Below are positions 1-7,463 of a stretch of 24,003 nucleotides of DNA, in pieces (position 1 is the first letter of the stretch; each line of letters starts with the position of its first letter). Made by a program: the position numbers and the translations under genes. The notes under the pieces were generated by a model. That model was given only the letters and a program-made list of their open reading frames with translations. It was not told where the DNA came from and did not search any database. Origin of the DNA: a virus (taxonomy: Duplodnaviria > Caudoviricetes); the IMG/VR virus record IMGVR_UViG_3300016636_000045, positions 1 through 24,003 of that record. One strand, written 5' to 3'.

Positions 1-6
1 ATTCAT
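1..6 (-). CDS. Start of a leftward gene running off the window (partial)
   Basis: The minus strand reads GGAGGGTTG-ATG-AAT, an SD followed by an ATG at 6..4, next to an AT-rich intergenic region. Confidence 0.4.
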
Positions 7-19
7 CAACCCTCCAGGC

Positions 20-248
20 TGATTAAATATATCTATCTATAGACACATATATTGTATTACCCATATATGTAAGGTTTTACATATATGTATAGTTTTACTT
101 ATATAAAATCTATTTGTACATATATCTCATATATTTTAACTATAAGAATATATTGCAATCATCATGCCAATATATCCCTACACAACACATGGTGTATTAC
201 ATGTACACCATGTACAATGGAGGTTCCTAACTAACAAAGGAGCATCAA
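20..248. promoter_or_regulatory. AT-rich, probably divergent control region with inverted repeats
   Basis: Perfect IRs CATATATGTAA/TTACATATATG (62-72/77-87) and ACATGGTGTA/TACACCATGT (187-196/204-213). TACAAT -10-like hexamer at 213-218. AAGGAG RBS before ATG 249. Confidence 0.55.
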
Positions 249-458
249 ATGCACTACGGGAAAGTAGACCAAGCATTAGACTCTGTGCGGGACAGACTTG
301 AGGAGTGTTCAAGTCTAGACGCTGCCATTGAGTACCTAAACAACCTAGAGTCTCAAATCATTGAGGTTCCATATGGTGATCTGCTTTATGAGTATGCATG
401 GGAGTACATGCAGACAATCATTCTTCACAAGTTTGGTCACAAGGAGGTTTCAGCATGA
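249..458 (+). CDS. Small acidic early protein, hypothetical
   Basis: Strong AAGGAG RBS; ATGA coupling to the next gene. Confidence 0.8.
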   Translation: MHYGKVDQALDSVRDRLEECSSLDAAIEYLNNLESQIIEVPYGDLLYEYAWEYMQTIILHKFGHKEVSA

Positions 459-658
459 GGCAACCTAGTGGCATTGAGAGAGACATCTCTGCTCTCACGG
501 GCATCACAGACTTGGACAAGGTGCTAATGATTGAGTGTTACATGAGAGACATGATTTTCTTCCCTCGCAAATTCGATTCAGTCACCCGCGACGAGTTCAT
601 TGCAGCCGCTCTCCTCTCCGTTAAGGAGCTAGAGGGTTTGGGTTGGAATTTCATCTAG
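455..658 (+). CDS. Hypothetical early protein (67 aa; start revised from 398)
   Basis: AAGGAGG RBS before ATG 455, which overlaps the upstream TGA. Confidence 0.8.
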   Translation: MRQPSGIERDISALTGITDLDKVLMIECYMRDMIFFPRKFDSVTRDEFIAAALLSVKELEGLGWNFI

Positions 659-724
659 TCCGCATCCGATCGGGCGTAGCCAGTCAACACTTCGACTCAG
701 TTCGCATTTAACTAGGAGAGAACC

Positions 725-1039
725 ATGAACTTTAGAAAATACATCTTGACCGAATACACACCCGAAGAATTGCGCGAAATTGCGCGTTGTGGTTGTGAAA
801 TGGGTGTTCGTGACCTGATTTATTACACAGACACCACAAAACTCTACGGAGAATATTGCGGAGACATTCACGCAATCATGGGAGAGTACATGGATGAAAC
901 GGGAGAGTGGCCACTCCATGTCTGTGACAAACTTGGTGACTTCACTCAGTTTGCAAATTATGCCGTTTGGTTTGCGGTTGAGTATGTTGCACATGAGTAT
1001 TGTAATCAACATGACGAAAATGGGGAGAGAATCAAATGA
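725..1039 (+). CDS. Acidic early phage protein with LIYYxDT and WFAVE motifs; possible DNA mimic
   Basis: AGGAG RBS. About 20 D/E against about 9 K/R by hand count. The motif pattern resembles a recurrent phage early-protein family. Confidence 0.8.
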   Translation: MNFRKYILTEYTPEELREIARCGCEMGVRDLIYYTDTTKLYGEYCGDIHAIMGEYMDETGEWPLHVCDKLGDFTQFANYAVWFAVEYVAHEYCNQHDENGERIK

Positions 1040-1362
1040 GATGTGAAGACTTTACGGGTCAAGGGATTCTTGAGGACGCATATTCCTACGAAACTCCCGC
1101 TTGGGAGGTAGGAAATGCTCTTGTCAATGGTTTGATTGAGGGAGGTTTGACTAAAGATCAGGCGATCACTGTTTTTTACTCTAAACAATATCGCTGGTCT
1201 TTAAATGGCAGCCTAGGAGAAGCACTACGGAAAATAGCCTACTTACATGGACAAAAGTTAGCCCAAGAGTTAAAACATGCGGATTGGTTAGATGAGCCTC
1301 TGCCTGACAATGTTGCTTATGCATTGCAACGACATAACGAAATCGAGGAGCGCGTCAAATGA
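1036..1362 (+). CDS. Hypothetical early protein
   Basis: GGGGAG RBS; ATGA overlaps at both ends. Confidence 0.8.
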   Translation: MRCEDFTGQGILEDAYSYETPAWEVGNALVNGLIEGGLTKDQAITVFYSKQYRWSLNGSLGEALRKIAYLHGQKLAQELKHADWLDEPLPDNVAYALQRHNEIEERVK

Positions 1363-1661
1363 AGAACTCAGCACAATACTCCGTTTCTTTTGGTCTATCG
1401 GGTTGCTACCTTCCCGATAGCCAGTCAGGCCCCTATCAATTTGATAGGCGAAAAGACCTAGCAGATTTCATAAGACATCAAATTGAGTTTTACGACCTAC
1501 CGAAGTATCTCCTCAGGGATGTGAAAATTTCTCGCCTATGGTCATTCATCAAAAGACATGGGTCTAGTTCTGCTCATTTCTCTCTCCATCACAAGGGATT
1601 CTGTCTCTCGTTTCATGGGCTGACCAATGAAGAATTTTCTGAAATGGAGGGTCAACAATGA
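1359..1661 (+). CDS. Hypothetical early protein
   Basis: GAGGAG RBS; ATGA overlaps at both ends. Confidence 0.8.
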   Translation: MKNSAQYSVSFGLSGCYLPDSQSGPYQFDRRKDLADFIRHQIEFYDLPKYLLRDVKISRLWSFIKRHGSSSAHFSLHHKGFCLSFHGLTNEEFSEMEGQQ

Positions 1662-1813
1662 AATCTAATCGTTACATGGACACCATCAGAGCTAGAGAGA
1701 GACAACACGCGAGACAACAGACGCACGACTTGATCGGGGAAATCTGCGGGGCAATTGCCTTCTTCGGCTGCCTCTTCTCCCTCTACTTTGTACTCTATGC
1801 CTTAGGTTTCTAG
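1658..1813 (+). CDS. 51-aa protein with a C-terminal transmembrane segment (not in ORF track)
   Basis: GGAGG RBS and ATGA overlap. Translation: MKSNRYMDTIRARERQHARQQTHDLIGEICGAIAFFGCLFSLYFVLYALGF. Confidence 0.75.
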   Translation: MKSNRYMDTIRARERQHARQQTHDLIGEICGAIAFFGCLFSLYFVLYALGF

Positions 1814-1835
1814 CCAGTCTCAATGCCTGGTTTCT

Positions 1836-1861
1836 AGCCCTCTTCGGAGGGCTTTTCTTTT
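1836..1861 (+). terminator. Rho-independent terminator ending the first early operon
   Basis: Stem AGCCCTC-TTCG-GAGGGCT (cUUCGg tetraloop) followed by a T-rich tract. Confidence 0.9.
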
Positions 1862-2064
1862 GCTTGGCCACCCTGACCCCTTATCAACCCTCCTAGGAGC
1901 GCTCAGAGAGGCTTCTAGACCCCTTACTGACGCTACTGACTGAAACCAAGTCGCTCACCCGCACATGATTAACCATCAGAGCCAGTCCTAAAAGCCAAAA
2001 ACCAATTCGCACCTCATCACCTGCCTGCTCAGACACACACGGGGCCGCGCGAGACCCATTTGAG

Positions 2065-2260
2065 TTGTCCACAACTTACCCACAGGTTATCCACAGAGTT
2101 ATCCACAGGTTCCTTATATTTTATATATATGGACTACTGTCTTATATTTTTACACCTTTCCTACTACTAATTTTTTTTATCTATTTTTGTTAGTAGAACT
2201 ATCCATATATTGCATACATTTATGTTTAACCTATGTGTATAGGTTAAACCATAGATATAA
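2065..2260. other. Putative DnaA-dependent replication origin (4 DnaA boxes plus AT-rich unwinding region)
   Basis: TTGTCCACA 2065-2073, TTACCCACA 2076-2084, TTATCCACA 2087-2095 and TTATCCACA 2099-2107, followed by about 150 bp of AT-rich non-coding DNA. Confidence 0.75.
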
Positions 2261-2275
2261 ACAATGAACAAGGAT

Positions 2276-2327
2276 TTGACAACAGTAGAACATCTATGCT
2301 CTGATGCCAATGTGTTCATGTGAACAC
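2276..2327 (+). promoter_or_regulatory. Candidate promoter/operator of the second + strand operon
   Basis: Perfect TTGACA at 2276-2281 but only a weak -10. Palindrome GTGTTCA-TG-TGAACAC at 2312-2327 lies upstream of a GGAGG RBS. Confidence 0.45.
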
Positions 2328-2347
2328 TCACCTAACATGGAGGATTT

Positions 2348-2575
2348 ATGGAAACATCAGACATCTTTGAAAGTGTGCATTGGGCAGGCAGAGCCAGTGT
2401 CCAGCACCCTTGGCTACATTGGGAAGGGCGCACCATCAGCGAACTAGAGGACATCGAGGCACGTATGGAGGCCAGACTGCACGAAGCCTGGGCGAGTGTG
2501 CGTGAGCTATCCGACAGCATCAATGCGCTGAAGCGCTCTCGTTATGCCTTGCAGATCGAAAACGACGATGCGTAA
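2348..2575 (+). CDS. Hypothetical protein with coiled-coil C-terminus
   Basis: GGAGG RBS; first ORF after the non-coding block. Confidence 0.75.
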   Translation: METSDIFESVHWAGRASVQHPWLHWEGRTISELEDIEARMEARLHEAWASVRELSDSINALKRSRYALQIENDDA

Positions 2576-2741
2576 GTGTGTGCTATGCGCTGCAAGGATT
2601 GGGCGCATGCACTACCCTACACAAAAATATTGTTGCACCTGTCTACGGAGAAATGACTATGAACAGTACAAAGAGACACAAGCACGCAGTCGAGATTTAC
2701 GCATGGGCAGACGGTGCCCAGATTCAGATGAAAGACCCTGA
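2568..2741 (+). CDS. Possible small zinc-finger protein (CxxC...CxxC)
   Basis: The ATG overlaps the end of the upstream gene and the ORF has CVLC and CCTC motifs. It overlaps the next gene by about 80 nt, so the call is uncertain. Confidence 0.4.
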   Translation: MRKCVLCAARIGRMHYPTQKYCCTCLRRNDYEQYKETQARSRDLRMGRRCPDSDERP

Positions 2742-3039
2742 TACGGACGCATGGGTTGACAATGCACACCCGTTGTGGTGCCTAGAGCATGAGTATCGTA
2801 TAAAGCCCACAGAGCCTGTCGTGTGCGATAAGAAGGTAGAGGTGCCACTCAGTGTGTGGGAGGCCGTTACAGACGCTTTAGACCGCCTTAGTCTTGATTG
2901 TGAGTTTGTACTGAGGGACTGTGGCAATCTGAATGTACGCACTGTCTATCAATGCAGGGACATTATGACATTAGTGCATCGGGTGCAGCGCAGAGTAGAC
3001 TTAGAGACTGATCCTTGGAAAGCAGAGGTGAACAAATGA
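2659..3039 (+). CDS. Conserved phage hypothetical protein (AWADGxxIQ...W...P.W...YRIKP); start revised from 2578
   Basis: GGAG RBS 8 nt before ATG 2659; motif recurrent in proteobacterial phages. Confidence 0.75.
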   Translation: MNSTKRHKHAVEIYAWADGAQIQMKDPDTDAWVDNAHPLWCLEHEYRIKPTEPVVCDKKVEVPLSVWEAVTDALDRLSLDCEFVLRDCGNLNVRTVYQCRDIMTLVHRVQRRVDLETDPWKAEVNK

Positions 3040-3245
3040 GATGGTCACAGTTTGCCACTGGCTTTCTTATGGGCGTTGCGTTCATTTCGTTCATCATCTT
3101 CTGGACTGCTGATCAGACCATCAAACCGAGTGATCTTGTGCAGAGCTACGAGAAGGGGTTCAGGGATGCGCTTAACGCTGAACGCCCATCTGAACGCCTG
3201 GAATATGTCTGTGCCGCACTTTGGCTGAAGGGGAATGAGAAATGA
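3036..3245 (+). CDS. Small membrane-anchored protein (start revised from 3015)
   Basis: GAGGTG RBS, ATGA overlap and an N-terminal hydrophobic helix. Confidence 0.75.
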   Translation: MRWSQFATGFLMGVAFISFIIFWTADQTIKPSDLVQSYEKGFRDALNAERPSERLEYVCAALWLKGNEK

Positions 3246-3448
3246 ATGAGCGAGATATTTTTGACTTTGCAGATGAGTATGGTCTTCAAGATGTCACTGG
3301 TCGTTGGACATTTTCAGGAGACAAGCTAATCAACTTTGCAAGGGCGATTATTGAAGTAGAGCGTGAGATAGTTGCTAACACAGTGAAGGCAAGACTAGAC
3401 ATGCTAGCGCTTGATCTTTGGTCTGAGATTAGAGGGGAGGAAGCATGA
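3242..3448 (+). CDS. Hypothetical protein
   Basis: ATGA coupling at both ends. Confidence 0.75.
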   Translation: MNERDIFDFADEYGLQDVTGRWTFSGDKLINFARAIIEVEREIVANTVKARLDMLALDLWSEIRGEEA

Positions 3449-3645
3449 AAGTGACACTTGAGTTTGATAGCCATGCCGAAGCGCTTGTAGCGTTACGCGC
3501 AGCAGACTACCTGACAGCAGCAGAGCAGTTTGCTAGCTATCTCAGGCAGCAGTTGAAGTATGCAGACCATCCAGACCGAGAGATTCACTTGCTGGAGAAC
3601 GTGCAGGCGAGGTTTTATGAAGAGTTCCAAAATCTAATTTCTTAA
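3445..3645 (+). CDS. Hypothetical protein
   Basis: GGAGG RBS and ATGA overlap. Confidence 0.75.
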   Translation: MKVTLEFDSHAEALVALRAADYLTAAEQFASYLRQQLKYADHPDREIHLLENVQARFYEEFQNLIS

Positions 3646-3661
3646 CTAAACGGGGGCTACC

Positions 3662-4555
3662 GTGGATACATTCGCACCAGAGGTGAGAAACAAAGCGCTT
3701 TGGAGTAATGATGCGCGTCGGTTTGTAGAAGGCAGGGCAGGTGAAGTTTATGCAGAGAAGCTAGGGCTCAAGGAACTAGACGATCTGTCACAGGTTGAGC
3801 ATGTGCAGATGGGTTTGGTCATGCAAGAACCCATTATGAGAGAGTTCGCCAGACGCAATGACATCCGGTTCAAGGATGCAGACTATGCGCTCTACCATCC
3901 TAAGCACCAGTGGCTGGCATCACACTTTGACTACATCAGCGAGGATAGCAAGACTCTGTATGAGGTCAAGAATTTGGGTGTGGCACAGCGTAAGAAGTTT
4001 GGGCAGGATGGTTCAGAACATATCAGCGTAGGCTATCGCGCTCAATGCCTGCATGAGGCAAGTGTTCATGGCATCGAGAAGGTTGTACTGGTTGCCATGT
4101 TCGGTGGGCAGGAGATATGCCACTACCCGCAGACATTTAATGCTGATTTGATTGATCTGCACATTAGAGAGATGGCAGAGTTTTGGGCCAAGATTCAAAC
4201 CAGAACATTTGACCCTGACACGATGGGTGATGCTGCCAAGCTGGTGTATCGAGTAGACGATGGGCAGACGAAGACTGCTACTCAGCACCTTGAGTCTTTA
4301 GCGCTCAAACTCTCAGCAGTGAAGGCGCAGATCAAGGAAATGGAAACCGCAGAGGATGAACTCATTGCAGCCATTCAAGGCTACATGCAGGAGGCCGCTA
4401 CACTTGCTAGTCCTGATGGTACGGTCTTGGCGACATGGAAGACTGCAAAGGCTTCTAAGCGCTTCTCTGCTGACCTATTCAAGCAGGCTATGCCTGACAT
4501 CTATCAGCAGTTTGTAGTAGAGCAGCCTGGAAGCAGGCGATTCCTAATCAAGTGA
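3662..4555 (+). CDS. YqaJ-like viral recombinase / lambda-exonuclease family nuclease
   Basis: G...E motif, WLASHFDY, LYEVKN and YxxQ; C-terminal SRRF tail; adjacent to an annealase. Confidence 0.85.
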   Translation: MDTFAPEVRNKALWSNDARRFVEGRAGEVYAEKLGLKELDDLSQVEHVQMGLVMQEPIMREFARRNDIRFKDADYALYHPKHQWLASHFDYISEDSKTLYEVKNLGVAQRKKFGQDGSEHISVGYRAQCLHEASVHGIEKVVLVAMFGGQEICHYPQTFNADLIDLHIREMAEFWAKIQTRTFDPDTMGDAAKLVYRVDDGQTKTATQHLESLALKLSAVKAQIKEMETAEDELIAAIQGYMQEAATLASPDGTVLATWKTAKASKRFSADLFKQAMPDIYQQFVVEQPGSRRFLIK

Positions 4556-4565
4556 GGGGAAGATT

Positions 4566-5369
4566 ATGAGCAATGTTATTGCAATGCAAAAGGAAGGGCT
4601 AGACCCTGCCATCCAGAACTCCATCGTTCTTAGGGGCGATCTGTCTGGACTCAATGAAGGCCAGAAGTCTGCCTATTATCTCTATCGCTGTAAGCAGGTG
4701 GGTCTTGATCCAGCGGCAAAACCTTTCGATCTTCTCACATTGAATGGAAAGCAGGTGCTATATGCCAATGCAAGCTGCACCCAACAACTCTGTGCGCTGC
4801 ACAAACTGTCAACTCAAATTACGCATCGGGAGCGAATGGATGACATTTACGTTGTCTCCTGCCGAGTTACAGGCGCTGATGGACGAGTATCTGAAAACCA
4901 GGGCGCAGTCTCTATCGGGAACGCCCGAGGTGACGCATTGGCTAATGCAATACTTAAGGCAACTACAAAGGCCATCAGGCGATCAGTGTTAGCCCATTGT
5001 GGGTTGGGCATGCTGGACGAGACTGAGGTAGAGACAATCCCACAGGCAGTCAAAGTAGAGCCTGCCGTGGTGGTCGAGGAGGTTAAGAAGATTGATCAGG
5101 GCATCCCCTTCTTTGTCCCAGGCACTGACGAGCCATACTCGCACCATCAGACGCTAGACCAGTGGGTAGACACCTTGCTGACGATGGTTGACAAAATCTC
5201 AGACAGCAAGAAGCTCACGCCTGCAACCAAGATGGACAAGATATTGGCGATTGAGAAGTGCAACCATGAGAACATCTGTCGCGTGAGAGATGACGTGCCA
5301 GGGTTGTATGAGGTTCTCAGTGGGGGTCTTGGCAAGGCCAAGTTTTCAATTAATGAAGCCCAAAAGTAA
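4566..5369 (+). CDS. Single-strand annealing protein (RecT/Red-beta-like)
   Basis: CKQVGLDP and NAILKATTKAIRRSVL..CGLG motifs; classic exonuclease-annealase gene pair. Confidence 0.75.
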   Translation: MSNVIAMQKEGLDPAIQNSIVLRGDLSGLNEGQKSAYYLYRCKQVGLDPAAKPFDLLTLNGKQVLYANASCTQQLCALHKLSTQITHRERMDDIYVVSCRVTGADGRVSENQGAVSIGNARGDALANAILKATTKAIRRSVLAHCGLGMLDETEVETIPQAVKVEPAVVVEEVKKIDQGIPFFVPGTDEPYSHHQTLDQWVDTLLTMVDKISDSKKLTPATKMDKILAIEKCNHENICRVRDDVPGLYEVLSGGLGKAKFSINEAQK

Positions 5370-5407
5370 TAGAGCCAGCCTCTGGGGAGCGTTATTCGCA
5401 GACCAAG

Positions 5408-5611
5408 ATGATATTGAAAGTCTTGGAATCGGGACAAACGCTCAATCCAATGCAGGCATTGCGAGTACTTGGCGTGTTCAGGCTGGCGGCACGCATCGAA
5501 GAACTCAGGAAGCAGGGTCATACAATTCTGACCACGATACAAAAAACATCAGACGGAAAAGAATACGCTGAGTATTCACTCATTCACAGGAAAACATCAA
5601 ATGGCATATGA
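5408..5611 (+). CDS. Winged helix-turn-helix protein (HTH_39-like); possibly expressed as a -1 frameshift extension of the annealase
   Basis: ILxxLxxGxxLxPxxA...FRLAARIxELRKxGHxIxT pattern. The frame is open back to 5357 and ATG 5408 lacks a well-spaced SD. Confidence 0.75.
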   Translation: MILKVLESGQTLNPMQALRVLGVFRLAARIEELRKQGHTILTTIQKTSDGKEYAEYSLIHRKTSNGI

Positions 5612-5885
5612 ACGTAAACCAGGAACAGGCGCTTTATTCCAAAACAACCGTAAGAAGTCTGAAAAGTCACCTGACTGGACGGGCACCCTGCTAATCGCTG
5701 AGACTGTGGAAGCAGGCACAGAGATGAAGATTAGTGCTTGGACGAAGCAGAGCAGCAAGGGCGCTCTGATCTCGCTGGTGCAGGATACTTGGAAGCCCGA
5801 TCCCAACTACCGCAGCAACGCCAATCCAGTGGCAAGTAAACCAGTAGGCTTTGACGATGGCTTTGAAGATGATGTGCCGTTCTGA
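5601..5885 (+). CDS. Phage single-stranded DNA-binding-like protein
   Basis: GALFxN...PDWTG...SAW core with an acidic EDDVPF C-terminal tail typical of SSBs. Confidence 0.7.
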   Translation: MAYERKPGTGALFQNNRKKSEKSPDWTGTLLIAETVEAGTEMKISAWTKQSSKGALISLVQDTWKPDPNYRSNANPVASKPVGFDDGFEDDVPF

Positions 5886-7111
5886 TGCGTTACTTATCAG
5901 TTTGCAGTGGGATTGAAGCGGCTACAGTTGCATGGCATGACTTCGGCTGGACTCCCGCTGCCTTCTCGGAAATAGATAAGTTCCCATCGCAGGTGCTTGC
6001 ACATCATTATCCGCAAGTGCCAAACATGGGTGACATGACAAGCTACAAGGAGTGGGACATTGGAGCAATTGACGTTCTTGTCGGAGGAACACCCTGCCAG
6101 TCTTTCTCAGTCGCTGGACTCAGAAAAGGCATGGCAGACCCACGTGGAAACTTGGCACTCGTCTATCTTGGAATTGCTGACCACTTTCGACCAAGATGGA
6201 TCGTCTGGGAAAATGTCCCAGGTGTCCTGTCAAGTAACAGAGGACGGGATTTTGGAGCCTTTACGGGGGCGTTGGCTGAACTCGGGTATGGGTTCGCATA
6301 TCGAGTGCTGGACGCTCAGTTCTTCGGAGTGGCCCAAAGACGTAGAAGAGTGTTCGTTGTCGGATACCTTGGAGACTGGCGACCTGCCGCAGCGGTTCTT
6401 TTTGAGCGCGAAAGCCTGTGCAGGAATTCTAAGGCGAGCAGAAAAACGGGGGAAGCAACTTCCACAAGCCTTGTACCAAGCGTTGCAAACTGTCTCACTC
6501 GGAGGATGCACAAAGGAATGAACTCAACTCTTGACGAAGGCCAAACACCGATCTTACAACCAGTTGGCGTGCCAGAGGTAATGTGTACTTTGAGGGCTTC
6601 TGGTGCTGGATTTTCTAGTGTTGGCAATGCAGTTACGGAGCATGAGACTTACATTCCAATGATCAATCCAGATGTGCATGGAGTAGCTCAACAGATTCAT
6701 TATCGAAAGTCTAGACGGGCGCAGTCGGTAGACGACCATGAAACATGGGTTGAGGATGATGTAACCAACACGCTCAATACATTTGATCTTGGGGATGTGA
6801 GAGCAGTTGATGTAGTGGCACAGCCGATTGGTTTTGATGCGTACAACAATAGCGTGACTGGTGATGTATCTAAGACCTTGGACACGGGTCAAGATTATCA
6901 CCATGTGCCGAATGTCATGCAGACGATGGCAGTTCGTCGCCTTACGCCAGTTGAGTGCGAGCGCCTGCAAGGATTCCCTGACGGCTACACAGACATCAGG
7001 CCAAACGGGAAGAACACGCCTGACGGGCCACGCTACAAGGCTTTAGGCAACAGCATGGCAGTGCCAGTCATGCGCTGGATCGGCAATCGAATAAGGAATT
7101 TGTATGAGTAA
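5885..7111 (+). CDS. dcm: DNA (cytosine-5)-methyltransferase
   Basis: Motif I CSGIEA, IV GGTPCQSFS, VI ENVPG, VIII QRRRRVF, IX RLTPVECERLQGFP and X YKALGNS. Confidence 0.95.
   Translation: MRYLSVCSGIEAATVAWHDFGWTPAAFSEIDKFPSQVLAHHYPQVPNMGDMTSYKEWDIGAIDVLVGGTPCQSFSVAGLRKGMADPRGNLALVYLGIADHFRPRWIVWENVPGVLSSNRGRDFGAFTGALAELGYGFAYRVLDAQFFGVAQRRRRVFVVGYLGDWRPAAAVLFERESLCRNSKASRKTGEATSTSLVPSVANCLTRRMHKGMNSTLDEGQTPILQPVGVPEVMCTLRASGAGFSSVGNAVTEHETYIPMINPDVHGVAQQIHYRKSRRAQSVDDHETWVEDDVTNTLNTFDLGDVRAVDVVAQPIGFDAYNNSVTGDVSKTLDTGQDYHHVPNVMQTMAVRRLTPVECERLQGFPDGYTDIRPNGKNTPDGPRYKALGNSMAVPVMRWIGNRIRNLYE
6060..6521 (+). CDS. Nested +1-frame gene; putative beta-type partner polypeptide of the methyltransferase
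   Basis: AAGGAG 7 nt before TTG 6060; 153 open codons. SLSDTLETGDLPQRFFLSAKACAGILRRA resembles the LxDILE...YLS segment of C5 methyltransferases. Confidence 0.65.
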   Translation: MEQLTFLSEEHPASLSQSLDSEKAWQTHVETWHSSILELLTTFDQDGSSGKMSQVSCQVTEDGILEPLRGRWLNSGMGSHIECWTLSSSEWPKDVEECSLSDTLETGDLPQRFFLSAKACAGILRRAEKRGKQLPQALYQALQTVSLGGCTKE

Positions 7112-7463
7112 GTTATCTCGCACGCGCGGTGCAACCTATGAGCGTGAAGTCGCAGCCAAGATTCACGATGTCCTTGGCGTAAAGCTAAAGCGCAATCTGC
7201 AACAGTATCAGGAGAAAGGGCTAGGCGATCTCATCCTGGGCAAGTTCATCATAGAGTGCAAGCGCAGGCGCAAGATAGCCGTGTATGAGTTTATCGAACA
7301 AGCAGAGGCGGCATGTAAACCTGGGGAGGTGCCTGTTGTCATCATGCGAGCAGATGGCAAGGAATCATTGGCACTGATGTACCTAGACGAACTGCTGCCT
7401 CTCTTGGGCAACGAACTCCCCCAACAGTCTCAGGTTGATGCCTCACCTCCCGAGGCAAGTTAG
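7104..7463 (+). CDS. PD-(D/E)XK nuclease, Holliday-junction resolvase-like
   Basis: SRxRGxxYERE, GDL and IECKR motifs. Confidence 0.8.
   Translation: MSKLSRTRGATYEREVAAKIHDVLGVKLKRNLQQYQEKGLGDLILGKFIIECKRRRKIAVYEFIEQAEAACKPGEVPVVIMRADGKESLALMYLDELLPLLGNELPQQSQVDASPPEAS

Noticed and set aside
659-712. Intergenic palindrome CCGATCGG and weak stems
   Set aside because: The pairings are too short to support an RNA or operator call.
1805-1839. GGTTTCTAGCC repeated at 1805-1815 and 1829-1839
   Set aside because: Probably a small local duplication next to the terminator; no function can be supported.
5-1893. 11-bp direct repeat ATCAACCCTCC at 5-15 and 1883-1893 flanking the early cassette
   Set aside because: Many 11-bp matches are expected by chance in 24 kb, and no recombinase is visible.
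2065-2107. Repeats read as a CRISPR array or Rep iterons
   Set aside because: The units are 9 bp with 2-3 bp gaps and match the DnaA box; there are no spacers and no cas or rep genes.
5290-5571. 93-aa ORF spanning the annealase-wHTH junction
   Set aside because: Third frame with no recognisable motifs; the wHTH signature is in the 5408 frame.
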